From positions 79,966,200 through 80,030,199 of the forward strand of contig NC_068981.1 in NCBI RefSeq assembly GCF_001194135.2: a DNA stretch of 64,000 bases. Direction: 5' to 3'. The translations under genes and the position numbers were made by a program. The notes below the pieces were generated by a model. It was not told the DNA's origin, searched no databases, and worked only from the letters and a program-made list of their open reading frames with translations. Position 1 is the stretch's first letter, and every line of letters begins with the position of its first letter. Below, one piece after another: positions 1 through 12,212 of this stretch. This stretch comes from Octopus bimaculoides (taxonomy: Eukaryota).

Positions 1-80
1 CCAGGTTCGTTTGCTAAAGACTAATTATATCAAAAAGCTTAATTTTTATTTACATTTTTATTTACTTTCTTTAATTATAT

Positions 81-2060
81 TCAGCATTGAGAAATAATTT
101 CTTGAATTTCACTGATTTGATCACTTTCAGCAGCAGTGCCTAGGTCTTGACCTCTGTATACATTCAAGGTTCCAATCTTCTTAGTTATGTGTTTTGGAAC
201 ATCGAAGTTTTTGCAACATTTGCCATATCTTTTCAGGCCATATTTTATAGACAGTATTGATCTAAGCATAGGAAGATGCATTTTGCTTTTCAATTTTGAT
301 TTGATTACACCCATACTACTGAACAACCATTCAACTTCTGCATTTGAGTTTGGCAATGTCAATAGATTAATGGCAAAATTTGCAACATCTTTAAAAGGAT
401 TTCCTCCAGTAGCATCTTTATATTCCAAGACTTCCCGTCAGAATACCTCAGTATTAGACATATTTGCCCATTTAATTAAATTAATGCTATTAAACTGAAT
501 TTCAAGTGAAGCAATTTTTTTTTCGTTTAAATGCAGGTAAAATTGGCTCTTTAAAATGCTGCAAAATATTCTCTACTGAAAAACATTTGATATTCCTCAG
601 TATATTAATATTTACTGACAAACAATGCTTGAGCTCTTTATAAAGGCAGAGTAAAAATTGTTGTGCTCCTTTGTGAATATTATTTTCTTTCGTGGCTGTT
701 ACAGCCTTCTTGATAATCAATTCTGCTATCTTTCTCTAAAACCTGTAGCATAAATTTGGTTTAGGATCCAGAAATTTTTCAATAGAAGCATCCGGATCAA
801 GAGGATCAATTCTACATGTTGGCAACATTATCATATTAGCAACAGATTTGATCAAATTTGAAAGATCTTCAAGTAATTTTGTTTTGTTGACAGTGTTTGA
901 TTCAAACAGTTTATTCACTTCCAGATCATGTTTTAAAATTGGATGCAAAACTAAAAGGTAAAGTTCATTCCTAGAATCACAAAACATTTCATGCAACGTT
1001 TGTGCTGTAAAGCACTTTTTTTTTTTGTAGTTGTAGTTTGGAAGTGAGTTTGCAATTCAAACCATTGGCTTAAAATTCTATTTACCACTGGTTCTATTGA
1101 GAGCTACCTAGTTGTACAAGAAGAATTCATGATCTTCAAAGGCTCTTTATCATTGATAGCAAGGTAAAGTTGTTTGTGGGCACTTTGTCTTGTTGAAGAA
1201 TGAGAGGACCATTTATAGGTTTCGGATACTAAAAATTCTAAATCTATGGGCAAGCATTCAGCACAAGTGTAGGATACTGCCAACTGTAAAGAATGACATA
1301 CACATCTAAATAGAACTAATGATGGAAATTCTTTTAATTTCTGAAAAACACCTTTGTTGACTCCTATCATTACTCTAGCATTGTCGGTTCCTATAGTCAG
1401 TAAATTTTTTATATCTAATTTCTTTTTCACTAATTCAATTTTTAAGGCATCTACAATGCCATCTGCATCATGTTTCTAAAGACACCACACTGAGATATGC
1501 ATGTACCACTTTTTTGTGATTGTCACTATGATATATAACAATTTCTAACAACTTGTTTATCAATATATCATTGAATTCATCTAATAACAGGATAAATTTT
1601 CTATCTCATCATCATCATCATATCCATCAAAATATGGAGCTAGAACATTTCTCACAATATTTGCACATTTTGTATGATGCAACTTCGCTTTGGTTATAAT
1701 ATCACTATCAGACATATAATTCTTACATAACTCTATTAAGTGATCACAGCTATTAAATGAGGAGTGACAACAAATAAACATTGCTAAATTTGCTTCAAGC
1801 ATAGATGTCTTATCATTTTTTGGTTTTGATAAAATTGGTAAGAGGAATCATTTGCTGTGGTGTTGATGCCTTATGTTTCTTTACTTCACAGTGGCTTACT
1901 AAAAGAGAATATTTTGCCAACATATTACATCTACAATATCTGCAACATGCTTTAGATTGGTCACTAGGTACTTCACATAACCACTTAGTAGACGCTGGCA
2001 TCTTAAGCCATTCCTTTTGGAATTTTGCTGGTACAACCTTGTTTTTTCTTTGCTCATTAT
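81..2060 (-). pseudogene. Decayed hAT-family transposase
   Basis: Collinear minus-strand fragments: N-terminal zinc-finger-like KFQKEWL...CRYC...HCEVKKH (1813-2118), catalytic IGTDNA and CVCH motifs (1104-1430), C-terminal dimerisation motif LPNSNAEVEWLFS (81-428). Many stops and frameshifts. Confidence 0.85.
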
Positions 2061-2361
2061 AATGTAGTGGGAAGCTAGAAAATAAATGATTAATAAAAAT
2101 ATTAAATTGAAAATACAACTTACCAGTTTGCTGCTAACAATTCTTTCATTCGTCATTAACAATTCTTATGTTTGCTGCTTAAAAATTCTTGAGGTGAACA
2201 ATACTGATTCAGGATGCAGAGTGGCCAACTTAAAAATGGAAAAGTAAAATCTGCAGAAATCCTAAAACTGTGTTCTGATATAAACCTGGGAACATCATAT
2301 TTCGCTCATTATTTACATTATTTACAATTGACGGATATTTGTCCTCATCTTGTTTGTTGTT

Positions 2362-2407
2362 AACACAACGTTTCGGCTGATATACCCTCCAGCCTTCATC
2401 AGGTGTC
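2362..2407 (-). ncRNA. Minimal type-I hammerhead ribozyme motif (Penelope-like terminal repeat)
   Basis: Minus strand reads GACAC-CTGATGA-A-GGCTG-gagggtatat-CAGCC-GAAAC-GTT-GTGTT: catalytic core boxes, 5-bp stem II, palindromic AACGTT at stem III and a 5-bp stem I. Confidence 0.7.
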
Positions 2408-2460
2408 TTGGGGAAATTTCGAAACTGGGTTCTCATTCCTAAGATATTTTTTGATGTTGC

Positions 2461-2461
<1 letters not shown>

Positions 2462-2518
<57 letters not shown>
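2462..2518. repeat. (ATT)n microsatellite
   Basis: Perfect trinucleotide run; source of the poly-Ile ORF. Confidence 0.98.
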
Positions 2519-2522
<4 letters not shown>

Positions 2523-2859
2523 CTACTAACCCCAAGATTCCGAGTTCAATTCCAGGCAGTGACCTGAATAATAATAATAATAATAGCTAGACACATTTAT
2601 TTAATGCTCATAAAGGAAAAATTAAACATACGTAGATCAAATTTTTAATAAACAATGTCTTTTTGTTTCATTTAATCTAATAAATCAAAACACAAATTCT
2701 GAGAGTAAATGCACATTAGCATGTAAGAATTAAGCTAGGTGATAACAAAATATAAATCCAAAATCTCTGTTTGTTGTGGTCATTCATTCTGATCATCTTA
2801 TTACTGCGAGAACTTCCTCCTTTTTGACAATTTCTTGTGCACAGCTTCTGAAATGTCTC

Positions 2860-3700
2860 ACATCAAGCTCCAGCAGTAATTGGCCATCATATTTGAGTCC
2901 CATTGGCCTTGGTAGTGTTCTTACATTACTTTTACATCTTGATGAAAGAGTTCACCTTGTTCTTTGTTAATGTCACCCAGATGCTCTGGAAACTCACCCA
3001 CGTGATTCTGTAAGTAGTGCTATTTAATGCTCATTCTACATTCAAGTGCCTGGAAACTCAAGAGCAATTCCTGTACAATCTCTTGATAGTTGTCAGCTTT
3101 CCTGTTCCCAAGGAAATTGCACACCACATCAGAGAAGGCATTCCAAACTCTAGCTTTAGCTGCACTCATTGTTGTAACAAAATGTGGATCCCTGAGGAGT
3201 TTTCTTATCTGAGGTTCATCAAATATTTCTGCCGTCTTCTCATCATCATTAACATTTGGAAATAGTACATATATATCTGAAGTAATTCATCAAGGCTCTT
3301 GATCACAGTGAAGTTCATATGAACACCAAATTTTATGTGCAGTGGGGGGAAGACAATGCCTTTCCTATCAGCCAGATGGTCATTAATGATGTTTTTGCCA
3401 CCTGGCATCAAACTGTTTCTTGAGGAGTGGGTGGTATTCTTTTTTCACCCAGTGATCCTTTGTAGTCCTACTGTCCCAGTTGCACAGGAAAAAAGGGTAC
3501 TTAATATAACCTCTTTACTGGCCCAGTAGAAGGTTTGCCATTTTCAAATCAACACAAATTACCCATCCATGAACATGATTTGTAACCTCTCCAGAACAAT
3601 GTTGGTGTTGGCATACTCCTCTTTCATTTTTATACTGTATCCTATTCTCGCAAATAGTGGTGTAAAATTAACTCTTGGTATGTTCAAGATAAATAAAAGC
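2860..3700 (-). pseudogene. Decayed CMC/Transib-like (probably Chapaev-type) DDE transposase
   Basis: Manual minus-strand translation: WVICVDLKM..GYIKYP..CNWDSR..FPPLHIK..IFDEPQIRKLL..NFLGNRKA..HYLQNH..EQGELFHQD..YQGQWDSNMMANYCW. Shows LH and H-x4-H-type motifs of the CMC/Transib group (the N-terminal CxxC is disrupted by a frameshift). Subfamily assignment is tentative. Confidence 0.7.
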
Positions 3701-3934
3701 ATATACTGATGAAGAAGAACAACAACAACAATGTGATGCGATGGAGCAAATCTAAGGTCAGTTTTGGAATCAACACCAAAACACATACTGAGATGCATAT
3801 ATCTCATGTGGTAATGCTTCAGCAAATAGAAAAACACCCCATCAGTTAAGAGAGTAAAGATATTGTTATAATACAAAAACAGCAAATATTGTTAAATACA
3901 GCTACCCAGGGTTTCCTGGTAATAATAATAATAA

Positions 3935-4150
3935 GAAGAAGAAGAAGAAGAAGAATCCTTTCAACCACAAGCACAAGGCTTGATACCTTGTGGGAGAAGG
4001 ATCATCAATTCCATTGACTCCAGTACGTAACTGGTACTTATTTCATCGACCCAGAAAGGATGAAAGGCAGAGTCGACCTCGGTGGAATTTGAACTCAAAA
4101 CATAGTGTCAGAAAAAATACCACTAAGCATTTTGTCCATGGTGAGAATGA
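3935..4150 (-). mobile_element. tRNA-derived SINE, family A (related copies at about 16185-16340, 16510-16690 and 60850-61045)
   Basis: Reverse complement of the copy at 12000-12212; simple-repeat tail at left end. Confidence 0.8.
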
Positions 4151-5205
4151 TTCTACCAGCTTAAAACTTTATTGTTTCAATAAAGAAATTTTAGGGGAAA
4201 TATATTATTCAATTACATTGACCTTTATATTTCACTGGTACTTTATTTTATCAATCCAGCCTCGAAAGAATAGAAAGCAAAGTTGATCTTGATGAAAGTG
4301 GAACCCAGAAGGTAAAGAGCTGGAGAAATATCACAAGGTATCTTTTCAGTACAAACAATTCTGCCAAGGCACAAGGACAAGAGTTTTTTTTTTATTGTTT
4401 TTTTTTAGAAGAGGGTTAGTTGCTATTGTTGACCACAGAATCATCATTGTCATCATGTTTACACAGGTAAAGAAAAATCATTGAGGCAGATTTTTCTATG
4501 GCTGGATGCTCTTTCTGTTGCCAATCTTCATCTGTTTCCAAGTAAGGTAATATTTCTGTGACCAGACATGATTTCACAGACTGGCCACAAAAGTCACTGC
4601 TTGCTTGACAATGACACTTGTTTATAACTATTATGTGATGTCAAGCAAAGAGACAGTAACACACAGGCTCACATGCACATGTATACACACACACACACAC
4701 ATATAGAAAAATTCTTATTAATCCAAACAAGTAGTTGTACAGAGAAAAATAAGTTGAAAAGGCACAGAGAAAATATTAGCATTTTCATACAAAGATCCTC
4801 CCCCCACCTTCCCAACTGTGGTTTTAGAAAAATGGGGGAAATCTCTGAAAAAAGTTTCCCCACAAATTTCTTTATAATCATAATCTATGCTATTTGAAAG
4901 GGATTTGTATGAACTTTCATCAAAAGATACTCATTTTCCTGAAAGTTATGAGGGAAAAATGTCAGATCATGTGAATTTTCTGAAACTCCTCTCTCCACCC
5001 CCTTGGAAAAATTCTTTCTCATAAATTCCTATATACTCTGAAGCCACAACATCTAAGCAGTATTTGTAGAAAATTTTGTTAAAAAGTATCCATTTTTCTG
5101 GATGTTATGAGGCAACAAAGTCAGGGGTGTATACATTTGTAGCAATGCCTTTTATTTATACGATTTTTTTCATTTCATGCTTATTTCATTCATTGTTTGC
5201 AATGT

Positions 5206-5239
<34 letters not shown>

Positions 5240-5786
5240 ACTCTCTGACACACACACACACACACACTGCAGAGCTTACAGATGGGCTGCTGAATTGAAA
5301 TCTCTGTTGCTTTGAGGGGAAGGTAAAACTTGACAAACTGCTTTACCCTCTGTTGTTGGACTACTGTGATATTTGTTTAAAAAAGAGAGATTATGACTTT
5401 GATAAAATAATGAAAACAAATATTTACTAAGCAAGTGAGCATTATAATACAAAGAAATAATTAGATGTAAAATATCATAAAAATTATTAGAATTGGGAAT
5501 CAAGTGTGGAAATATTATCAAGTGGTTAGCAGAAAAATGCCTGGAGGGCAGTCTTTCAGCTAGTAGTAATAACAATAGAATGATAGCTGACATGAAATTC
5601 AGTTTGCTTAGTTAAACATTCATGAACCAAAGGTTATTTTATATCTTAATTTCATAAAAAGGAAAAATCCAAATTCAATTATTCCTTGACCCACTCCTTG
5701 CATATCTATCATGTTAGAATGCTTGGCGTATGTTTCGGTGAGGTGGGATGGTGGGGAACAAGTTTTTTATGTTCACCTTATTTCAT

Positions 5787-5887
<101 letters not shown>

Positions 5888-7740
5888 CTCTTTCTCTTCT
5901 CTCGTACATATTTATTCCTTATTGACAACTGGCTTGTTTATAAAAAGACACATGTCTGGGCTTTATAGCTTTCTGAAAACACTGACTCTTAACAGTGTAT
6001 AAAGTAACTACAAAACAATACACACACGCATATGTAGAACACTTTTCATTCTTTTACTGGATTCTTTTAACAACATTAAAGTATTATGTCATATCCTTTA
6101 ATGGTTATCTGTTTGTCACTGTCTGCTTATGTGAGCATGAATATTTAATGCGCATACATTATCTTTCATACTCATTTGGTATCTGATTATAAAAAAAAAA
6201 GCAAAAACACTGAGCATATTAAACAGACTGTATTTAAGACAAGATGAAGAAGTGAACAGGTTTGGAAAGATAGGATTTGAAATATCAAAAACTTAGTCAG
6301 TAATACACACAGACACACACACACACTCACACACATATATATATATAGTACATATATAAACAGAATTGATTTAGCTGCTTCTCTATAGATTGAAAAAAAT
6401 TGGATTCTCATTTAAGGCATCAACATCAATTTAACCAATCCCAGCGAAACCAATACTCAATCTATTTATACACATCAGTTACAGTAGGTACATAAAACCG
6501 AAGCTAATAATCTGCATACTGTAAGTGTTAACACTTTATTTTTTAAATATTAGGGGCTTGTCAACAGGGATATCAGCCTACACAGTATCTAGGTGTAATA
6601 TACAATATATGTAGGATAATGATAGTGGATATATGTAACTTTTATAGTACATACATAAACAGGGCTAATTTAGCCATATCCCTGGAAATTTTTAAAAATT
6701 AACAACCTTAATTGATTTTCGAATCTTATTAGATTCTTATCAGAGGTGTCTGTATCAATTTGACCGTGTGTGTGTAGGATAATGGATGTAGTAAGTAATT
6801 ATTTAAGTATTGGACATGTACCTAGTAGTTAGCCAGGGAAGCATGTTCACTGCCTATGGCTACTTGACATCATCTACAGTATTTTCACAATTGTTGCTGG
6901 ATCTACCTCAGGAATTCTTCAGTGTTTGTTGAGTCTATAACAAATGATAAAGACAGAAAATGAAATATACAAGAAACTTTATTGCTCACAACGATTGTTT
7001 TGACCCATCCTGTTGTGGTTCCTCATGAGTGGGAGACTGTACAACTGGTTGTGGCACATCCTTCAGTGCAGAAATATCTCATCAGGTGATCTTACAAGAA
7101 GTATCTCATTAATTAAGCCCTGTTTCATTTTGATTTTAATACAGTATGTTGTCATGGTGATGGTGATTTAGCTAATTTTCCTTCTTACTGATAGGTATGT
7201 ATCTACCCACACACATTATCCCATTGACTTGTAAAACACATAATTATGCATAAAGAAGCCATAAATATATTTAAAATTTACCTCAAATGATCTGGTAAAT
7301 TAAGATGTGAAATTTTGCATCTCAATTCTCCTATGTTAACCTGTATTCTCAAACCATAGGTCATATAATTATAATCACATTATTTTACAAACAAGATCAA
7401 GAGAGATCTATTTTCGTTTAAATTTAGAAAAGAGAAAAATTATATATTGTTGTATTCTGGGATAGTAGTTTTTTTTTTTTCTTTTCTTTTGCCAAATATA
7501 TAACCAGATGTATCTACAAACTTACTTTCTAATGTCTTAAAGCTTCAGAAGCCAGTTCTGATTGCCTCAACCTGCAGTTTATAATATCAATTTCTCTGGC
7601 TTTTTACATCATGTGTCTAAATGCCTTTTTGTATTTAAGAAGTAAGTGCTTCTAAAAACTGAATGTGCTTTTTATCTCTTTATACTTATGCAACTTCATT
7701 CTTCTTTGATGATTGTTTACTTACATTTATCTAATATCTC

Positions 7741-7760
7741 TTTCTTTCTTTCTTTTTCAG
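7741..7760 (+). promoter_or_regulatory. Splice acceptor of the TLR coding exon (5' UTR intron)
   Basis: Polypyrimidine tract tttctttctttctttttCAG ending 13 nt before the ATG at 7774. Confidence 0.7.
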
Positions 7761-7773
7761 ATATTAACTAAAT

Positions 7774-10700
7774 ATGATATATTTACACAATCCTTTTATA
7801 TTTTCTCTATTGTTTTTCACTGGCATATATTTAGTGCATTCTGGAAAATCATACCACTGCCCTCTTTCATGTAAATGCACTAATCAGCAAACGGTGCCTG
7901 GCACAGTGAGTGTTACTTGCTATTTTACTCAGTTAAAATCAGATGATTATCAAATCTTCTCTATGTTGGCTGCAGAAAATACAACGTACCTATATATAAA
8001 ATGTGATGAATATGGTTACACCAGTTCTTTGGATAATAGCCCATTCGAGCACTTAACTAATTTGAGAAAACTCGTCTTTGAAACTTGTTATTTTAATAAT
8101 CTAACAGAAAATATTTTTGCTGGCTTAGATAATCTTAGAAATCTCACCATTTATAAAAGTAAATATTTAAATGTAAATTCAAATGCTTTTTTCAATCTTC
8201 CCAATTTGGAAACTATAAGAATCAACAACTGTGACTCAGTTAATTTTCCAGTTAATTCCCTTTGTCATCAGAATAAACTGACAACTTTAAATTTAGCAGA
8301 AAATAATATTAAAAATATATCTGAAGTTTTTAATCTTTGTTTAAAAAATTCTATGTTATTTAATAATATAACTGTACTTGCATTGAATCATAACAAATTG
8401 TCTGTTATATCTGATAGCTTCAGTGATCTTTTAAAATCAGTACAGTATATTTTGTTACAAAACAATAGAATTGAAAGCGTTCAGAAGGATGCATTTTCTA
8501 ATCTTCAAAATTTAGAATATATCGATCTTTCAAATAACTCCTTGAGTAAGTTGCCTCAGACATCTTTTGACTTTTCTTACAAATTGTATTATTTTGATAT
8601 ATCAAATAATCCAATAAAGGAGATGCCTATTACACTACAGAATTTATCAAACATTCAACTATTTCGAGCTAAAAATACACTTTTGGGTGACAGAATATGG
8701 AATTTTCTGAATAGAAAACCACTTGTCTTAGTCAACTTTGAAAACTGTGGCTTAACATATATCCCTGAATTTGTAGCAAAATTTCAAACTCTTAAACATT
8801 TTATGCTGGATAAAAATAATATCACAACTATCCACCCAAATGCATTTGCAGCAAGTAAATCTTTAATTACTTTGACTCTTTCTGGAAACAAAATTACATC
8901 ATTGCCAAAATTTGCATTCAAAGGCCTTGATAGTCTAGAAATCCTCAACTTAAATGATAACCAAATATCAATATTTGATGAAAATGTTTTTTTGTCTCTT
9001 TCAAAACTTTCTTCTTTGGATTTATCAACAAATTCATTGAATCATATACCAAAGCTACCATCGTCAATAAAGCTCCTACAGTTAAAACAGAACAATATCA
9101 AAAAAATTTCTTCAGTGCTGAATACTACTAAAAACCTTGAATATTTGGTCCTTGCAGATAATGAAATAGAAATAATTGAAAATGATGCATTTTCACACTT
9201 ACAGTCTCTTCGAATACTTAATTTGAAAAATAATAAAATAACAAATATAAATAAACACCATTTTAAAAACTTACATAAATTATGGGGACTCAATATTGCT
9301 TTCAATAGTATCACAGAGTTAGGATATGACACAATTAGTCATTTACAATCACTTAGAGATTTTTATTGTCAAAACAATCACTTAACAACATTAGCAAAAG
9401 CAATGTTTCCTAAATATTTAAGACTCATAGATTTATCACATAACTACATAAAATTTCTGACTGATGATATAATTCATGACATGAATGACTTGACTGAATT
9501 GAATCTCAGATCAAATCGATTAAGTACTGTAAGAAGCTTTAATTTTATACGTTCTGGTAATGCAAAAGCAATTCAAATTTTATTATTAGGTAATAAATTT
9601 AAATGTGACTGCCATTTGACATGGTTGAAGGAGTCTATCACGTGGCAACAAAAGCATCCTTTTGTAACTAAATCTTTTGATATGATATTTTGTGGTGATA
9701 TTGAACCGTGGTTACCAATTGGAACATTGGATACTGTAAATAAAAATGACCTTTTATGTGACTACAATAAACTTAAAAACAGCCATATAAAATATTATTG
9801 TACTTTCAGTTGTAAATGTTGTTTAATATCTGAAAATTGCCTATGCCAAGATATTTGTCCAGTAGAGTGTCTATGTCTATTTTCACTAGACAAAAACTTC
9901 CATAAAGTTGATTGCAGAAAGACCAATTTGACTCAGTTGAAAGGATTACCATCTGCAGGTATCCATATTGATCTTAGTGGAAATAAACTGAACTATTTGT
10001 ACAATACTAACTTCACTGACCACAGTGCAGCTGAAGTTTTATATATGAATAATTCACAAATATTAATAGTTGCCAATAAAACATTCATTAAATTTACAAA
10101 TTTAAAAAAATTATATTTACAAAATAATCTCATTGAGGCTTTGCAGCAAAAGAGTTTTGAAGGCTTAAAAAATCTACTGGAACTTATACTTTATAATAAC
10201 AAAATTCAATATATCCCAGAGAACACTTTTTCTGAAACTCCCAAACTTAAATATTTGGATTTACGGAACAACAAATTGCAAACTATTACTAGTGAAATGT
10301 TTTCTTCTAAGGCTTTACAGAAGATCTATCTCAGTGATAATCCATGGTCTTGTGAATGTAATGATATTAGTGAATTTGAAAAGATATTTGCAAAAGATAC
10401 TGAATTACTGGTTAATGGTGAGCAGATTTTTTGTAGAAAATATGATGCATTGGTCAATATCTTTAATTATGGACAAGAATTCTGTCAAAATAATGTCACA
10501 TTTAATATTACAAAATTTGCCCCCTATCAAGATAAGGTTCTAATATCAAGTGTGTCTGCAGTATCTTCTGTAATAATTCTGATTTTCCTCATCACTTTTC
10601 TAGTATATGCTTATCGACAAGAAATTCAGTTATTATTATTTATTCATTTTGGATACCGTTTCATGTCAAAGAAACTAATTATTGATGAAGAAAATAAACT

Positions 10701-11142
10701 TTATGATGCATTTGTATCTTTTGATAATTCTCTGGATTTGTTTGTCTTAAATGAATTACTTCCGCAACTTGAACAGAATAATCCACCATTTAAGCTATGT
10801 GTACATTTTCGTGATTTTGAAGTTGGTTTACAAATAACAGAGAATATTATCAATAGCATTGAAAATAGCAAAAGAACTATACTGTTAATTACAGACAACT
10901 TTCTAAAAAGTGAATGGTGCAAGTATGAATTCCAAACAGCACATTATGATGGTCTTTCCCAAAAAATGAATACCTTAATAGTTGTTCTTTTTGAAAATAT
11001 CAATGAAGAATTACTAGATCCTGATCTCAAGCTTTACCTGAAAACTAAAACTTATTTAAAATATGATGATCCTTGGTTTTGGAATAAACTTCGTTTTGCT
11101 CTCCCAGCAAAGAAAGATTCTAAACAAGAGACCAAATGCTAG
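7774..11142 (+). CDS. Toll-like receptor, multiple-cysteine-cluster (protostome/Toll-type), 1122 aa, single coding exon
   Basis: Signal peptide, LRRNT (CPLSCKC), long LRR array, internal LRRCT (GNKFKCDCHLTWL) and Cys cluster (YCTFSCKCC...CLCQDICPVECLC...KVDC), second LRR block, LRRCT (DNPWSCECN), TM helix (VSAVSSVIILIFLITFLVYAY), TIR domain (YDAFVSF, HFRDFEVG, FLKSEWCKYEF, FWNKLRFALP). AATAAA at 11366. Confidence 0.97.
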   Translation: MIYLHNPFIFSLLFFTGIYLVHSGKSYHCPLSCKCTNQQTVPGTVSVTCYFTQLKSDDYQIFSMLAAENTTYLYIKCDEYGYTSSLDNSPFEHLTNLRKLVFETCYFNNLTENIFAGLDNLRNLTIYKSKYLNVNSNAFFNLPNLETIRINNCDSVNFPVNSLCHQNKLTTLNLAENNIKNISEVFNLCLKNSMLFNNITVLALNHNKLSVISDSFSDLLKSVQYILLQNNRIESVQKDAFSNLQNLEYIDLSNNSLSKLPQTSFDFSYKLYYFDISNNPIKEMPITLQNLSNIQLFRAKNTLLGDRIWNFLNRKPLVLVNFENCGLTYIPEFVAKFQTLKHFMLDKNNITTIHPNAFAASKSLITLTLSGNKITSLPKFAFKGLDSLEILNLNDNQISIFDENVFLSLSKLSSLDLSTNSLNHIPKLPSSIKLLQLKQNNIKKISSVLNTTKNLEYLVLADNEIEIIENDAFSHLQSLRILNLKNNKITNINKHHFKNLHKLWGLNIAFNSITELGYDTISHLQSLRDFYCQNNHLTTLAKAMFPKYLRLIDLSHNYIKFLTDDIIHDMNDLTELNLRSNRLSTVRSFNFIRSGNAKAIQILLLGNKFKCDCHLTWLKESITWQQKHPFVTKSFDMIFCGDIEPWLPIGTLDTVNKNDLLCDYNKLKNSHIKYYCTFSCKCCLISENCLCQDICPVECLCLFSLDKNFHKVDCRKTNLTQLKGLPSAGIHIDLSGNKLNYLYNTNFTDHSAAEVLYMNNSQILIVANKTFIKFTNLKKLYLQNNLIEALQQKSFEGLKNLLELILYNNKIQYIPENTFSETPKLKYLDLRNNKLQTITSEMFSSKALQKIYLSDNPWSCECNDISEFEKIFAKDTELLVNGEQIFCRKYDALVNIFNYGQEFCQNNVTFNITKFAPYQDKVLISSVSAVSSVIILIFLITFLVYAYRQEIQLLLFIHFGYRFMSKKLIIDEENKLYDAFVSFDNSLDLFVLNELLPQLEQNNPPFKLCVHFRDFEVGLQITENIINSIENSKRTILLITDNFLKSEWCKYEFQTAHYDGLSQKMNTLIVVLFENINEELLDPDLKLYLKTKTYLKYDDPWFWNKLRFALPAKKDSKQETKC

Positions 11143-11999
11143 TAATTTGTTGCAAAGGACAACCAAACTAATACAAAACTATCTCAAAAAGAAAAGAAAA
11201 GAAAAATAATGTCAATATTACAAATATTTTTATGTAGAAATTCATAACCTACGTGTCAATACTAGAAAATAGTATTCAAAAGAACATCAAAACAAGTATG
11301 ATTAAAAAGAGGACAAAAAGACTAAAACACCACATAGGCAAAAGTCTAATCAACTTATTTAACTCAATAAAAAATGGAGGAAGAGAAGAAACACAGTACA
11401 AAGCTTGTGGTTTTAGGTTGTACTGACTTCAAATCCCAACCAATTCAAATTTGTTTTCTATTCATTTGGAGGCAAAAAGAAATGCACTAGAAATACACTG
11501 GGGTCAAATATGCTTCTCTACCAATACCATCATTTTGCTCATGCAACAAGTAAATTGTTTACAGGAATCAATGCAACATATATAAAGAAAACTTGTGTCA
11601 TGTGATAAAGATATCTTTGAGTATTGAGTTATTACTCATTTGTTGATCAGGAGCTAAAGACGGTGCCTCTACATGGTGACTCAACCTGCTGGAAATAGCA
11701 GCCAAATTTTTCCCATAATTTACCATCTAAGATTACATTAGATAATGTAGTCCCAGTTGTATAGACTGACTAAAAGATAGCACGGGCACAGCCGGATCAT
11801 CAGTCACCATAAATCTCAGTGATGATTTGGAGTTATGTATATGCATAATGTATTTTTGCACATCCACATACATACACTAAATATACAATCCAGTGTAAGT
11901 GCTTCTGTGTGAACTACTTGGCTCCTTGGGCAAGTGTCCTTTGCTATAGTCCCAGGCTTACCAAAGCCTTGAGAATGTATTTGGTACACAGAAACTGAA

Positions 12000-12212
12000 G
12001 GCGGCGAGCTGGCAGAAACGTTAGCACACCAGGCGAAATGCTTACCAGTATTTCATCTGCTGTTACGTTCTGAGTTCAAATTCCACCGAAGTTGACTTTG
12101 CCTTTCATCCTTTCAGGGTCGATAAGTACCAGTTACGCACTGGGGTCGATATAATCAACTTAATCTGTTTATCCCCTCTGTGTGTAGCCCCTTGTGGGCA
12201 ATACAGAAATAA
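12000..12212 (+). mobile_element. tRNA-derived SINE family A nested in an older SINE, 10-bp TSD
   Basis: A-box TGGCAGAAACG and B-box GAGTTCAAATTC. AGAAACTGAA at 11990-11999 and 12212-12221. Host SINE (about 11895-12250) matches the family at 35100. Confidence 0.85.

Noticed and set aside
6560-7100. Coding-looking sequence upstream of the TLR
   Set aside because: All frames are interrupted and no motif was recognised.
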